Positions 28,609-39,491 of a stretch of 64,000 nt of DNA are shown here, piece by piece. A program made the position numbers and the translations under genes. Source of the stretch: Limisphaerales bacterium. Lineage in GTDB: Bacteria; Verrucomicrobiota; Verrucomicrobiia; Limisphaerales; AAA164-E04. Each line of letters begins with the position of its first letter. The first letter of the stretch is position 1. Where the stretch lies: positions 3,629,788 to 3,693,787 of the forward strand of contig OZ242022.1 in NCBI GenBank assembly GCA_965204945.1. The letters are read 5' to 3'. A model generated the notes under the pieces. The model did no database searches. It saw only the letters and a list, made by a program, of their open reading frames with translations, and was not told where the DNA came from.

Positions 28609-29248
28609 TCCGCTCTTCCTTCGCTTTGTTGAATTTTTGCAACTTTGGCCGAATGACGAAGTAACAATAGGAATTCTTCGGATTGTTGCGGAAAAAGTCC
28701 TGATGCTCTTTTTCAGCCGGGTAGAATTTCTCAAAGGGGACAATCTCCGTTACGATGGGATCCGCAAAAGAATCAGCAGCGGCGGCTTTTGATTTTTCGG
28801 CGGCGGCTTTTTGTTCGTCGTCGTGATAGAGAATGATAGAGCGATACTGCGTGCCGACGTCATTTCCCTGACGATTAAGGGTTGTCGGATCGTGAGATTG
28901 CCAGAAATAGAAAAGAATCTCCTCGTAAGAGATTGTTTTCGGGTCGAAGACAATTTGCACTACCTCCGCATGGCCGGTGGTTTCCGAACAGACTTCCTTG
29001 TAGGTCGGATTTTCTTTGTGCCCCCCCGAATAACCCGAAGTGACGGACTTCACACCGTCCAAGGTTTCCAAAAGCGCCTCCGTGCACCAAAAACAGCCCG
29101 TTCCCAAAGTGGCCAATCTCATGGATGATTCATCAACGGGTTTAGGCGAAAAGTCACTCACGGCTTCCTCCTTGGCGTCGAGGCACCCCGTCAACAATTG
29201 AAGGGCAAGAGCGGCAACTGTAATTCTGCATAAATGTTCCATTGTCAA
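28574..29248 (-). CDS. msrA: Peptide-methionine (S)-S-oxide reductase, predicted lipoprotein
   Basis: GCFWC, GYSGG, TGHAEVV, HDPT.LNRQG.D.GTQYRS; N-terminal lipobox LTGC. Confidence 0.97.
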   Translation of the reverse strand: MTMEHLCRITVAALALQLLTGCLDAKEEAVSDFSPKPVDESSMRLATLGTGCFWCTEALLETLDGVKSVTSGYSGGHKENPTYKEVCSETTGHAEVVQIVFDPKTISYEEILFYFWQSHDPTTLNRQGNDVGTQYRSIILYHDDEQKAAAEKSKAAAADSFADPIVTEIVPFEKFYPAEKEHQDFFRNNPKNSYCYFVIRPKLQKFNKAKEERTKRQSIPSNDR

Positions 29249-29501
29249 AAATTGATTTCTTCCTCGCTAAGAGTAGATAGAATTTCTAGTTTTGTCAACT
29301 TCGCAAATGCTTCACAACGCTGTTTTTTTTTTGCTGCACTCAACTCTATTTCTTGAGACCGAGAAACCAATCATTTGCCCAAAATCAGAAAATCGTTTTG
29401 GATTTTATGGTGGAGAGTTGCGGGGTTCTCTACAATTAAACGAGGCGCTGGTTGTCTGTCTGATAAAATTGGCATTTAGCGCGATAAACGGGGATTCAGC
29501 T

Positions 29502-29921
29502 TTATAGATTGGTGTTGCTGAGTTTTAGGATTCGTTGGAAGTGGCGGGCGGTGACGGGCATGACGGAAAGGCGGGATTGCTTGAGCAAAGGGATGTCGAG
29601 GAGTTGGGTGTCTTTCTTGATTGTTTTTAGAGAGACGGGGTTGTTGAGAGCTTTGAGGGGTTTTAGGTCGACGGCGGACCAGTCGCCTTGTTGAGAGGTT
29701 GTGTCCGGGTAGGCTTCCCTGAGGACTTCGGCGATGCCCATGATTTCTTTGCCGACAACGGAATGGTAGAAGAGGACGAGGTCGCCTTGGGACATAGCGC
29801 GAAGGTAGTTGCGCGCTTGGTAGTTTCGGACGCCGTCCCATTCGGTTTGGCCTTCTTTGACGAAATCAGACCATGAGTAGGATTTCGGTTCTTGTTTTAC
29901 GAGCCAGTAGTGTGTGGTCAT
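29502..29921 (-). CDS. EVE domain protein
   Basis: YWLVKQEP, WDGVRNYQARN, FYHS, QSRLSV.PV. Confidence 0.93.
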   Translation of the reverse strand: MTTHYWLVKQEPKSYSWSDFVKEGQTEWDGVRNYQARNYLRAMSQGDLVLFYHSVVGKEIMGIAEVLREAYPDTTSQQGDWSAVDLKPLKALNNPVSLKTIKKDTQLLDIPLLKQSRLSVMPVTARHFQRILKLSNTNL

Positions 29922-30943
29922 GCTATTTGTGTTTGGTGGTATTTTTGGGAGATGTTTGGCCTTATGGAAGGTTTTGTAGTAGTATTAAGGATGGCAAATT
30001 GATTTCCCGGCGCGATAGAAAATCCAGCAAGGAAGGCCCCGACGGGGAGCGGTTTTCCGCCGGCTCTTTGGAGTTTAGTGATTCGGAGATAGTTTTGGCC
30101 GCAGGCGACTATGACGCCTTGTGAAGAGGTTTTGGCGACGGTTCCGGGTTTGAGTTTGGGTCCCGGTTGGGATTCGGCCTGCCAAAATTTGATAGTGAGG
30201 GATTCATTGTGTTTTTGCAAGCGGCTGAATGTTCCGGGCCGGGGATTGAGTCCGCGGATTTGGTTGGCGAGTTCGGTTGATGTTCGACGCCAGTCGATTT
30301 CACCGTCGTTTCGGGAGAGTTTTGGGGCGTAGGTGGCGTGTTGGTGGTTTTGGGGGCGGGGCATTATGTCGCCTTTGAGGTATTTGGGCAAGGTGCGGGC
30401 GAGGAGTTGGGTGCCGAGTTGGGCGAGTCGGTTATGTAGTTGGCCTCCGGTTTCTGTGGAGGAGATGGGGGTGGTTTCTTGCGCGACGATGTCTCCGGTG
30501 TCGAGTGTTTCGTCCATTTTCATAATGGTGACGCCGGTTTGGGGGTCGCCATTGAGGATGGGCCAAGGGATAGGCGCGGCGCCTCGGTATTTGGGCAAAA
30601 GGGAAGGATGCAGGTTGAGGCAGCCGAGTTTGGGGATTTCAAGGACTTCGGGGGGGAGCATTTGGCCGTAGGCGACGAGGAGGAGGAGGTCGGGGGCTAG
30701 GTTTTTCAAGTGTTTGAGCAGGGCGGCGTCTGTGCGCAGAGAGGATGGCTGCCAGAGTGGCAGGGAGTGTTGGAGGGCTTCAGTTTTGACTGGGGTGGGT
30801 TTGATCCGCAGGCGTCGGCCTTGGGGTTTGTCCGGCTGGCTAATGATTCCGATCAGGTTCACTGCGGGCGAGTGAATTAAGGTTTGGAGAGAGCGGCGGG
30901 CCAGTTCCGCCGTTCCGAGGAAAATTGTGCGGACTGCTTTCAC
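29918..30943 (-). CDS. fmt: Methionyl-tRNA formyltransferase
   Basis: SQPDKPQGR, VAYGQML, NLHPSLLPKYRGAAPI, GVTIM.MD..LDTGD. Confidence 0.97.
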   Translation of the reverse strand: MKAVRTIFLGTAELARRSLQTLIHSPAVNLIGIISQPDKPQGRRLRIKPTPVKTEALQHSLPLWQPSSLRTDAALLKHLKNLAPDLLLLVAYGQMLPPEVLEIPKLGCLNLHPSLLPKYRGAAPIPWPILNGDPQTGVTIMKMDETLDTGDIVAQETTPISSTETGGQLHNRLAQLGTQLLARTLPKYLKGDIMPRPQNHQHATYAPKLSRNDGEIDWRRTSTELANQIRGLNPRPGTFSRLQKHNESLTIKFWQAESQPGPKLKPGTVAKTSSQGVIVACGQNYLRITKLQRAGGKPLPVGAFLAGFSIAPGNQFAILNTTTKPSIRPNISQKYHQTQIA

Positions 30944-30981
30944 ATCAGAGTTTTGCGGCCGGCGGTCGGGTTTGGCGGTGG

Positions 30982-31938
30982 CTATTTTTCGTTTTTATGC
31001 CGCAGGTTGACTTGAACAATTTCGCCAAAACGCATGGCCGCTTCTTTCTTTCCCGACAGCAGTTGCAGGTGAATTTCGTTGGCGGAGATTCGGGTGATGC
31101 GCTTGGCGACGAGTTCTTTTTTGGTTCCTTTGAATTCGATGACCATGTCTTTGATTGCGGGCGAGGGGACGATGCGGAAAAATTCGGAGAAAGTTGTTTC
31201 AAAGAAGTGGCGGTTGAACTCAGTGTTGCTGCGGGTGTAGGAGGACGGCGTTGCCTCTTGGCCACTCTTGGGGGCGGCGGATTGTCGGAGTCCCAGTTTT
31301 GAGGGTTTGTTTGCCGAAATTCCAACCGGGCGAGGGTCTTCTTTTGGTTTTGGCGGCGGCGGCGTTTCTTCAGCTTCTTCCCAAGAAGGATCCGCATACG
31401 AACCTTCGGCGGCGGGCAGCAAAAGGAAGATAATGGGGGTCGCCACCGGCGCAATGACCGCCAAACCGCATACAAGCGGAACGGGTCGTCCCCGATAGAC
31501 TGCCGTTTCGTAAGCCGCCAAAAGGTTGGCTAAGTAAAACGCGAGCAGAAAGAGAAGGCCGATGGGACTGGCAAAGGCGGCGAGAAAGGAAGATTCTTCG
31601 GGCGCGCGCGGCAGCCGATCCACCGGTTTGGGAACAATCGGCGGCGGCTGTTTCATCTCCTCTTCGGGCAGCTCAATGAACGGGGTCACAAAGGGCTTGT
31701 ACTTGGGAGTTTCCGCCAACTGTTCCAGGGTTTCCTGCGATAGATAAACGAGCTCGATGCGCTCTGAAAACCCGCCGATGTCCTCCTCTATTCGAATCAC
31801 TAGGCCGTCTTCGTCCAGTTTCGACACTTCGCCGTAAAATGTGTTGCCGTTTTCCAACTCAAAAGTTGCCGCCTCTCCGAAGATCGCGAATCCCAGCAGC
31901 AGATAAATCAACGCGACGATGCCGGTTTTGCTTCTTTG
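30982..31938 (-). CDS. Hypothetical membrane-anchored protein
   Basis: Signal-like N-terminus, two central TM segments, Pro-rich linker, soluble C-terminal domain. Confidence 0.75.
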   Translation of the reverse strand, partial: QRSKTGIVALIYLLLGFAIFGEAATFELENGNTFYGEVSKLDEDGLVIRIEEDIGGFSERIELVYLSQETLEQLAETPKYKPFVTPFIELPEEEMKQPPPIVPKPVDRLPRAPEESSFLAAFASPIGLLFLLAFYLANLLAAYETAVYRGRPVPLVCGLAVIAPVATPIIFLLLPAAEGSYADPSWEEAEETPPPPKPKEDPRPVGISANKPSKLGLRQSAAPKSGQEATPSSYTRSNTEFNRHFFETTFSEFFRIVPSPAIKDMVIEFKGTKKELVAKRITRISANEIHLQLLSGKKEAAMRFGEIVQVNLRHKNEK

Positions 31939-32034
31939 CATTCCGCCAGTTTGCGCGCGCCAGAACATTTCGTAAAGGAAAAATTTCGATCCAAAAGGGG
32001 AGTCAACTCCTTGCTTGGAACGGCCATGGATTGA

Positions 32035-33516
32035 TTACAGATGAAGAGCGGCGGGAAGTTCTTCAACGGTCCAGTTGTTTCGCGTTTTTTGCAGCCGCTC
32101 GGCGGCTTCGCCGTGCTTCCAAACGCCATAACGCAAGGCCGTCTCCGGGTCGTTTTGGCATCGGGGTTGCGAAAGAAGACCGGCCAAGAATCCGGCGAGA
32201 ACGTCGCCGCTGCCGCCTTGGGCGAGTCCCGGCGTTCCAGTAGCGTTAAAAAAGGCGGATCCTTGTTTCCGTCCAATCAGGCTGTGGGCGCCTTTCAGCA
32301 CAACCCAGCAACCGCCGAATTGCGACGACAATTCGCGCAGGCAGGCGACCGAGTTTTCGTTCACGTCGGCCGGCCGACGTTTCAAAAGCCGAGCCGCTTC
32401 GCCGGCGTGGGGCGTGATCACTCGCAAACCCGCAGTTTCGGCGCCTTGCGGCAGCCAATCCAGAGCGGAAGCGTCAACCAAAACGGGACGTTCGTCCTCG
32501 CGCCACAGCCCGCGCAGTTGTTCCATGAGTCGATCAGAAACGTCCTTTCCCGCTAAACCGGGCCCGGCAAGAATTCCGGTTGCCTTGGCGGGCGGTTGCC
32601 AAAATTCTCCCCAAGGCTCAACCATGGCTTGTTGCAAGTGAGCGGCCGCAGGCAGATAGCATTCGGGCGTTGTCGAAAGAGTGATAAGCCCGGGGCAAGC
32701 CCGCATCGCGCCGAGAGCCGCCAACACGGCGGCGCCGTGATACCCGCGGCTGCCGGCAAGGATGGCCAAGTGTCCAAAGCTTCCTTTATGATCCGTGGCC
32801 CGCCGCGGCGGTGGAAAGCTCCGAAAGTCCTCTTCTTGGCTGAAGAAAAGCGAATCGTCGCGGGCCGGCTCTTCGTTTTGGCCATTCCCCGAATCTTTGC
32901 GCTTTGACGGTTCCCCGAATTGGGATGCGGAGAAGAAGTTCGACAGCAGTCCGACGTCGGCAAGAACGCGCACATAGCCGACAAAGGGACGCGCTTGAGA
33001 AGTCAACATTCCCACTTTCGGAGCGCCGACCGTCAAAGTGTAATCCGCTCGAACGCCGCCGCCCATTAGGAAACCAGTCTGGGCGTTCAATCCGGAGGGA
33101 ACGTCGACGGCAACGACCATCGCCCCGGCTTGATTGATCCGGCGAATCACGGCTTGCCAAGCCGTCGATAAATCTCGATTGAGGCCAATGCCGAACAAGC
33201 AATCCAGAATCACCGAAGGACGCCGGGACAATGCCCGATCTAAGCGGCCGCCGGCTTGCTCTGGGTTTCGAACGTCCAACAAAGACGCGTCCCGCTCGGC
33301 GGATAACAAGCATTTGAAGGTAGCGCGTCCATCGTCTCCGTTGTGTCCCTTGCCGGCGACAATCAGAATCGAATCCGAAGAATGCGTGCGCGACAAAAGC
33401 CAATCCGCAATCGCCCGTCCAACCCTGCCGATAACCTCGGATTCTTGAATGCCGGATGCCCAAGTCGCCTCCTCCCACGAGCGTATTTCTTCAACGCTGA
33501 TTACAGGAATCGGCAT
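32035..33516 (-). CDS. nnr: Bifunctional NAD(P)H-hydrate epimerase/dehydratase
   Basis: GKGHNGDDG, D.LFGIGL, AVDVPSG, HKGSFG, VDASAL, ITPHAGEAARL, GGSGDVLAG. Confidence 0.93.
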   Translation of the reverse strand: MPIPVISVEEIRSWEEATWASGIQESEVIGRVGRAIADWLLSRTHSSDSILIVAGKGHNGDDGRATFKCLLSAERDASLLDVRNPEQAGGRLDRALSRRPSVILDCLFGIGLNRDLSTAWQAVIRRINQAGAMVVAVDVPSGLNAQTGFLMGGGVRADYTLTVGAPKVGMLTSQARPFVGYVRVLADVGLLSNFFSASQFGEPSKRKDSGNGQNEEPARDDSLFFSQEEDFRSFPPPRRATDHKGSFGHLAILAGSRGYHGAAVLAALGAMRACPGLITLSTTPECYLPAAAHLQQAMVEPWGEFWQPPAKATGILAGPGLAGKDVSDRLMEQLRGLWREDERPVLVDASALDWLPQGAETAGLRVITPHAGEAARLLKRRPADVNENSVACLRELSSQFGGCWVVLKGAHSLIGRKQGSAFFNATGTPGLAQGGSGDVLAGFLAGLLSQPRCQNDPETALRYGVWKHGEAAERLQKTRNNWTVEELPAALHL

Positions 33517-33726
33517 GGCAAAAAGCGTATTGTCGCGTTTATCAACCCGCAGAAAGATTCTTTGAAAACAACGCTCATACAAATCCTTGAGCAAGCAAAT
33601 TATGCCCGAACGCGAAGACTCTGTTCTACAAAAATCTGCTCTTTGCGAAAGAGCGCATTCATGCAAAACTGCCCAAAAGCGCGAAGACAATGAACAAGGA
33701 GTCTCCCGCGCGAATCTATTTTTGCT

Positions 33727-34188
33727 ATGAGAATTCTGTTGCAGCGCGTTCGCCAAGCGGATGTGAAAGTGGACGGAGCCGTCTGCGGCGAGATTGGACG
33801 AGGCTTGTTATTATTCGTCGGCATGGAGGCCGGAGACGCAAAAGACGATATCCAGTGGATTTGCAAAAAGACTCTTCGAATGCGAATTTTCAACGACTCA
33901 GAAGGGAAAATGAACCATTCCCTGCTCGACGTCGGCGGGGAGGTTTTGCTCGTAAGCCAATTTACCCTGCACGCCATTACAAAGAAAGGAGATCGTCCCT
34001 CGTTCATCCGCTCCGCCCCGCCGGCCATTGCCCTTCCGTTATACGATCTTCTGGTTCAAGAGCTGGAAAAGCGACTGGGATCCCCCATTGCCACAGGCCG
34101 GTTTGGAGCAAACATGCAAGTAAGTCTAATCAACGACGGCCCGGTTACCATCCTACTGGATTCCAAAAATCGCAAAAATCGAAGATAG
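33727..34188 (+). CDS. dtd: D-aminoacyl-tRNA deacylase
   Basis: MRILLQRV, LVSQFTL, TGRFGANMQVSLINDGPVT. Confidence 0.97.
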   Translation: MRILLQRVRQADVKVDGAVCGEIGRGLLLFVGMEAGDAKDDIQWICKKTLRMRIFNDSEGKMNHSLLDVGGEVLLVSQFTLHAITKKGDRPSFIRSAPPAIALPLYDLLVQELEKRLGSPIATGRFGANMQVSLINDGPVTILLDSKNRKNRR

Positions 34189-34245
34189 CCCGTGTGTCTT
34201 TTGTAGCGGATGATTCTTCGGCAGTTTTCCCTTCTGATCTCAACG

Positions 34246-35187
34246 ATGAAAAACAACCCCCAATCCAATTCCAGAAACGCCGAAGTTCCCCGCGCCTGCC
34301 CGGGATGCGGCAACATCCACCGACAACCAGTATGGGACAAAGGCAACCTGCACGTGAAACGTTGCCTACAATGCGACCTCTACTACGCCAGCCCCGTAGC
34401 AACAGACTTGGCTTCGGGAAAGTTTTACAACCAACTAGCCGTTCCCTTCTACCTCTCGCCAAACAAGCTGGAAAGTGACTACGCTCCCGTGCGGTTTGAA
34501 CGAGAAATGCAATACTTCCGAAAATGGTGCCCAGCAGGGCAAGTACTAGACGTCGGATGCTCCACTGGTGCCTTCCTCTATCACCTCCAAAAACAAGGAA
34601 ACTACCAAGGCGTCGGCATCGACATCGCCGGGCCTGGCTTGGACTATGCCGAATCCAAAGGATTGAAAGTTATCCGAAAGCCATTCCTTAGCCATGATTT
34701 CGGCAACCAACAATTTCACGCAGTTACTTTTTGGGCCGTTCTCGAACACTTAATAGAACCGCTTCCATTTTTGCAAAAAGCGGCCAACCTCCTCAAACTC
34801 AACAGCCTTTGCTTCATCCTAGTCCCCAACCGAAAAAGCCTGGCCGTCCGACTTCTAGGAACCAAATACCGCTATATCATGCCCGAACACCTAAACTACT
34901 TTTCCGAACAAACACTCCTCCAATTCATCCAACGCGTACCTCATCTCAAAATCGTCGACCACTCTACAATAAAGTTCAATCCCCTTGTCATTGCGCAAGA
35001 CTTATACCATCAAAGGAAAAACCGCGTACCCGATGCCGAACGAGCAAAACTGCTCAAAAAAACAACCGCTTGGAAACAATCCCCACGACTCGCGCCGCTG
35101 CGTTGGGCTTACAACAAAACCGAAGCACTGCTGGGACATCTAGAACTGGCGGACAACTTAATCGCCGTAGCCCGAAAATCCGCTTGA
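34246..35187 (+). CDS. Class I SAM methyltransferase with N-terminal Zn ribbon
   Basis: CPGC...CLQC, VLDVGCSTGAFL, TFWAVLEHL, LVPN, PEHLNYFS. Confidence 0.9.
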   Translation: MKNNPQSNSRNAEVPRACPGCGNIHRQPVWDKGNLHVKRCLQCDLYYASPVATDLASGKFYNQLAVPFYLSPNKLESDYAPVRFEREMQYFRKWCPAGQVLDVGCSTGAFLYHLQKQGNYQGVGIDIAGPGLDYAESKGLKVIRKPFLSHDFGNQQFHAVTFWAVLEHLIEPLPFLQKAANLLKLNSLCFILVPNRKSLAVRLLGTKYRYIMPEHLNYFSEQTLLQFIQRVPHLKIVDHSTIKFNPLVIAQDLYHQRKNRVPDAERAKLLKKTTAWKQSPRLAPLRWAYNKTEALLGHLELADNLIAVARKSA

Positions 35188-35278
35188 AGAGCTTTCCTCT
35201 GTTTTCCAAACTGGGACGGCCGCACCTACCAGTTCAACGGCAGAACGAAAAAACGGCATTCCCCGAGACGCCGCTTTC

Positions 35279-35575
35279 CTACGGCTCCGATGACCGTTTT
35301 GACTTTATCCAACGAATCAAAGATCTCCCCCGCTTTGCGAAGGACATAAATACAGAAAGCAAGCCAGACAATTGCCTTGATGGGCCAAATGGCACGCAGG
35401 ATGTCCGTTTGTCCAAGGAAAGCCCGGACGATCCCATGAAAAACCCATACGAAGCACTAAAAACAAGAAGAAAAAGAACCGAACACATAAGCAGCCGCCC
35501 ATACCTTGACAACTGCCAGGCCGCAAAGACTATGAAAATAAGAAACAACCAACTAAAAACCAACTCCCAATCCAT
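35279..35575 (-). CDS. Possible small two-TM membrane protein
   Basis: Two hydrophobic helices after MDWELV. The hydrophobicity could be a by-product of the T-rich minus strand. Confidence 0.35.
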   Translation of the reverse strand: MDWELVFSWLFLIFIVFAAWQLSRYGRLLMCSVLFLLVFSASYGFFMGSSGLSLDKRTSCVPFGPSRQLSGLLSVFMSFAKRGRSLIRWIKSKRSSEP

Positions 35576-36166
35576 GCCCGGAAGCATAGACGACAGACAC
35601 AGCAAACGCAAGACATAAAAATCCCGGCGGCCGGCTCTTCTTCAAACCAGAGCAAAAGCCTCTGCGGATGCTTCTGGTGTCCCCAAAGGCCGACTGTCTC
35701 CCATCCATACGAGAAAGACAACGGCCTCCGTCTTTTTTGAATGGATGCTTTGAAAACGATGAAAATCACCCGCAAAGAAACGAAGGTGGATTTGCCGTTT
35801 CAAATCCCGGCGCGATGCCAAGATGGCGAATATTCGGCGAAGAGCGAGTATCCCAGCGCAGAGGAAGCGGAGAAAGCCATGGCCTCTGCAAAACGATTAT
35901 GTATCTCAGAACAGCCACGCAGTCACGGTCAACGCGCGAAACACCACCATAATCGAAATCAAGGAAGAAAAAGAATAGGGCAATTGTCGACCACGGACAT
36001 TTCTCGCTATTCCACTTGCGCCAGAGAAACTCCCCTCTCTTTTCGATTGCCTCCCTCGAAAAGATGGGAATCAACGCCCCGCAGCTCCGCTGGAATAACC
36101 CCGCTCTCTCCTTTCTCCCGATAAATTCTCTATGGAACTTGGGGAAATAATCTTCCAAAAGAAATG

Positions 36167-36203
36167 TAAAAGAAAACGCCCCCCTTTTTAAACAAGAGGG
36201 GCG
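36167..36203 (-). terminator. Possible terminator downstream of the adhesin gene
   Basis: Imperfect CGCCCC/GGGGCG hairpin followed by a T-run on the minus strand. Confidence 0.45.
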
Positions 36204-36241
36204 AAACCACGAAGATGCTCTCGGAAAATGCGGGATTCTCC

Positions 36242-38964
36242 TCAGCGCGCCGGCGTGCCAAAGCCCACTAATCCAAGAGACTCTTGGCCTTCTTGGCCGG
36301 GCGCGGTGCTTCCCTCAATTAAACCGCCCGCATTCCAACCCACTAAACCACCTACCCCAATGTTCCCCAAAACTGCCGCATGAACATGGCTGTCCGCTAT
36401 ATGGCCAAAGTTATGACCCACTAAACCCCCAACGCTGTTCGCTCCTGCTACCCGACCCCGAACAGAACAATTGCGAATAAGCCCTTGACTCAACCCGGCC
36501 AATGCACCCACAAAGTTAACCCCTTGAATATGAACGCCTTCTAAGCCTACATTGACCACTTGCCCCCGATTGCCGATTGCGCCGAACAAGCCACTTGGCT
36601 TCTCATAGAAAAGAGCGGCGTCGCTCTGGTCTTGGAACAGGTTGACAATCCCATGGCCGTTGCCCTCCAATATCGCTTGGAAAGGGTTGGCGAAAACCCC
36701 GATGGACTGCCAGCCGTTTCCTTGATTCCAAAAGGGGTCTGCTTCATCGGCTTGATTGTTTTTGTGAGAATCAAAGTGGAGGTTCGTTGTGAGTTCGTAG
36801 CCTTGGGCTTGGGTATTATTGGGAAGCCCCATGTTGGCGATGGCGCTGGGGAAGGCTTGGTTGTAAGCTTTGGCAAACTCTTCTTTGTCGGGTTGGCCGT
36901 CGCCGTTCAAGTCCCAGCGAATCGCATTCAGCTGCGTCAAGTTGCTAACATCAATCAAGCCGTTATCATCTTGGTCGTAATCGGTTGGAGGCAACTGGAC
37001 TTGTTGAACTTCTTGCCGCTCCTCTGATGGTGTTTCGGGTTCTTCCTCTTCGACGACGGTGTGGGAAAGGGTGACGGAGACAATCCCGGCGTTGTTGATG
37101 GCTAGGAAACCCGGGCTGGATGGTATTGAATGCTGGATGCTTGCCTGCTCGTTGGTGTCGGCGGCGTCTGCGCTGGCGGTCACGGTCACGGTTTGATAGT
37201 CCTGCCAATCGGATGGTGTGAACATCAGCTTGCTGGGGTTCACCGTGATTCCGGAATGCGCTGTTTCTAGGTTGACAATTGTATTCTCAAACCCACGAGA
37301 GGAAGTGGGTTTCACTTGGTAAGTGGCGGAGCCGCTCTCGCTCAAGGACACCTGCTTGGTGTTGAACATGAGCGAGGACGGAGTCGATCCGCCGGGCCGC
37401 GAGGGGAACGGGGTGATTATCGGAGTCACACCGCCGCCGCCAATGTTCACATTGACCCGCGGACCCACAGGATCAGGCTCGTCGTCGTCTATAATTTCGA
37501 TGCGCACCGTCTTGGGTTGGAGAACGGAGTTCGTGGGGTTGCTCAAAACCACGCTGAAAGATTCGTCCGGCTCGTCTATGGCGTCTCCAAGGATGGGAAT
37601 AGAGATGGTTTGGGTGAGGTTGGTGGTGTAGGCGAGAAAGGTGAGCGTGCCGCTGGTGGCCGTGTAGTCTTGGCCGGCGGTTGCGGTGCCGTCCTGCGTG
37701 GCATAGTCGATGGACGTGGTTTGGGCGGAGACTAGGCCGAGTTCAACATGAAACACGGCGTTGGTTGTGCCTTCGTCGCCTTCTGATATTCTCAAAATAT
37801 GGGCGTTAAGCGGAACGTTAGAAAAAGAGACGGTTGGCGGCTCTTCGTCGTCTGTGATGGTAACGGTGGCCGTCAACTCAGAAACGCCGTCCAAAAACAC
37901 GGCGTTGGTAGGATTGCTTAAGGTTAACGTAAAGGTCTTGGGCGACTCATGGGTCACGTCGTCTTCCAAAAGAGAGATGGAGATGGCTTGCGCCGCGCGG
38001 ACAACGTTGGTCTCGCTGAAGGTAAGCGTGCCACTGGTCGCCGTGTAGTCCACTCCGGCACGAGCCGTGCCGTCGCTCGTGGCGTAGTCTACCGAGGAGA
38101 CGCCAAAAAAAGCGTTGGTGGCGATCAAATTCCGCTTAATATTGATAACCGCTCTTTCCCCCTCGTCCGCCTCTGCCTCAGACGCCTCTAGGGAAATGAC
38201 GCCATCATGGGTTAGAAGAGTATAGTCAATATAATGAAGACCGACAAGTTTGTCAAATATTCCCGCAGGCAAATAAGAAACCCTCCTTCCGTCGCGCCAA
38301 GTTGCAATAGGGTTGCCAGAAAGAGACAGACTTTGCAGGTTCACCAGATTGTCAAATATCCCCAAAGGCAGGGTAGTGAATTCGTTATCATCAAGATCTA
38401 GCCTTTGCAGGTTCACCAGATTGTCAAATATCCCCAAAGGCAGGGTAGTGAATTCGTTATCATCAAGATCTAGCCTTTGCAGGTTCACCAGATTGTCAAA
38501 TATCCCCTCAGGCAACGGGGCAAGGAGGTAGTTGTCTCTAAAATCCAGCCTTTGCAAGTTTACCAAATCGTCAAATATCCCCGCAGTTAAATTGGTGAAG
38601 AAGTTAACGCCAAGATCCAGCGTTACTAAGTTGGTAAGGCCCGCTAAGTCGCTGACTCGCGGTGACGCGGGATAGATTCTGCCGTCTAATCCACGATTGA
38701 ACTTTCTGCGGAGGTTTAGCGATGTGATGCTGTGAAGTTGCGCTGAGTTGGTGACTTGATTGTACCGCCCAATTCCAAGCTTCGGAGGAGTTCGTCGGCC
38801 ACGGCTACCGTCCTGCCATGCAACACGGATCCAGGGCTGTCAACCTGTCCCCAATTCGCATTGGGGATCGCTTGCGCCGTGACTGTCGATTGCGTCGAAA
38901 ACACCGACAGGCCAACAATAGCCAGCAGAGCGCAGATTCTAGTTTTGCACAATTTAGTTGCCAT
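36242..38964 (-). pseudogene. Secreted LRR + 2 Calx-beta + Ig-like + GLUG-like surface protein, frameshifted near 38775
   Basis: Signal peptide in ORF 38716-38964; -1 frame continues GIGRYNQVTNSAQLHSITSLNL into LRRs (LVNLQRLDLDDNEFTTLPLGIFDN), Calx-beta x2, DYDQDDNGLIDV, and VGALAG/VGGLVG repeats. One extra G in CTTGGAATT restores the frame. Confidence 0.85.
38331..38506. repeat. Perfect 72-bp tandem repeat (2.4 copies) encoding 24-aa LRRs
   Basis: Identical unit starts at 38331, 38403 and 38475. Confidence 0.95.
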
Positions 38965-39080
38965 AATGCTGTCTTTAAAAAATTCTAGATATTTTAATAG
39001 TAACTTCGTATCTTTTCTGATTTCTAAACTTCTAAACCAAAATTTCTTGCGTCATTGTTTTCTCTGGTTACCGGAACTTT

Positions 39081-39491
39081 TTAGCGTTGCGGAGTCAAGC
39101 GGAGGAATCGTTGCTTTCCTGCCGCCGCCGGCAAAATTATGGTCAATTGATCTTGTCCGTTGCTGTTGGATTCACGCAGGATTTGGACTTCATCCTCCGG
39201 CAGCGGCCTCCAAGTTTCTCCAATCAAATCGACGGTTTCTTCGATTCCCACCTCTCCCGCGGGAACAACAAACACGAATCGAACGCCGCCGCTCGCCAAA
39301 GACTCGGCAAAGATCAAACGACTCTTCCATTCTCCAAGTCCGGCAGCAGAGGAGGAACTCGCCGTTGGATTGTTGCTAACCGATGCAGATTGGAAGACTG
39401 GCAACGGCCCGCCCGAAACCGGCAGCGTTCTAACGGTCCCAATCAAAACAATCACCAACATCAACCACAACAAACAAGGCGAGTTTTTCAT
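39081..39491 (-). CDS. Small secreted stand-alone 'RFLRL' domain protein
   Basis: Signal peptide MKNSPCLLWLMLVIVLIGTVRT, Ser-rich linker, ~75-aa domain ending KQRFLRLTPQR; paralog of 1267-1677. Confidence 0.85.
   Translation of the reverse strand: MKNSPCLLWLMLVIVLIGTVRTLPVSGGPLPVFQSASVSNNPTASSSSAAGLGEWKSRLIFAESLASGGVRFVFVVPAGEVGIEETVDLIGETWRPLPEDEVQILRESNSNGQDQLTIILPAAAGKQRFLRLTPQR

Noticed and set aside
35620-36160. ORFs 35741-36124 (+) and 35766-36158 (-)
   Set aside because: Mutually overlapping, no recognisable features; no support for either.
38331-38506. Tandem repeat as a CRISPR array
   Set aside because: No spacers; the 72-bp in-frame units encode LRRs; no cas genes.
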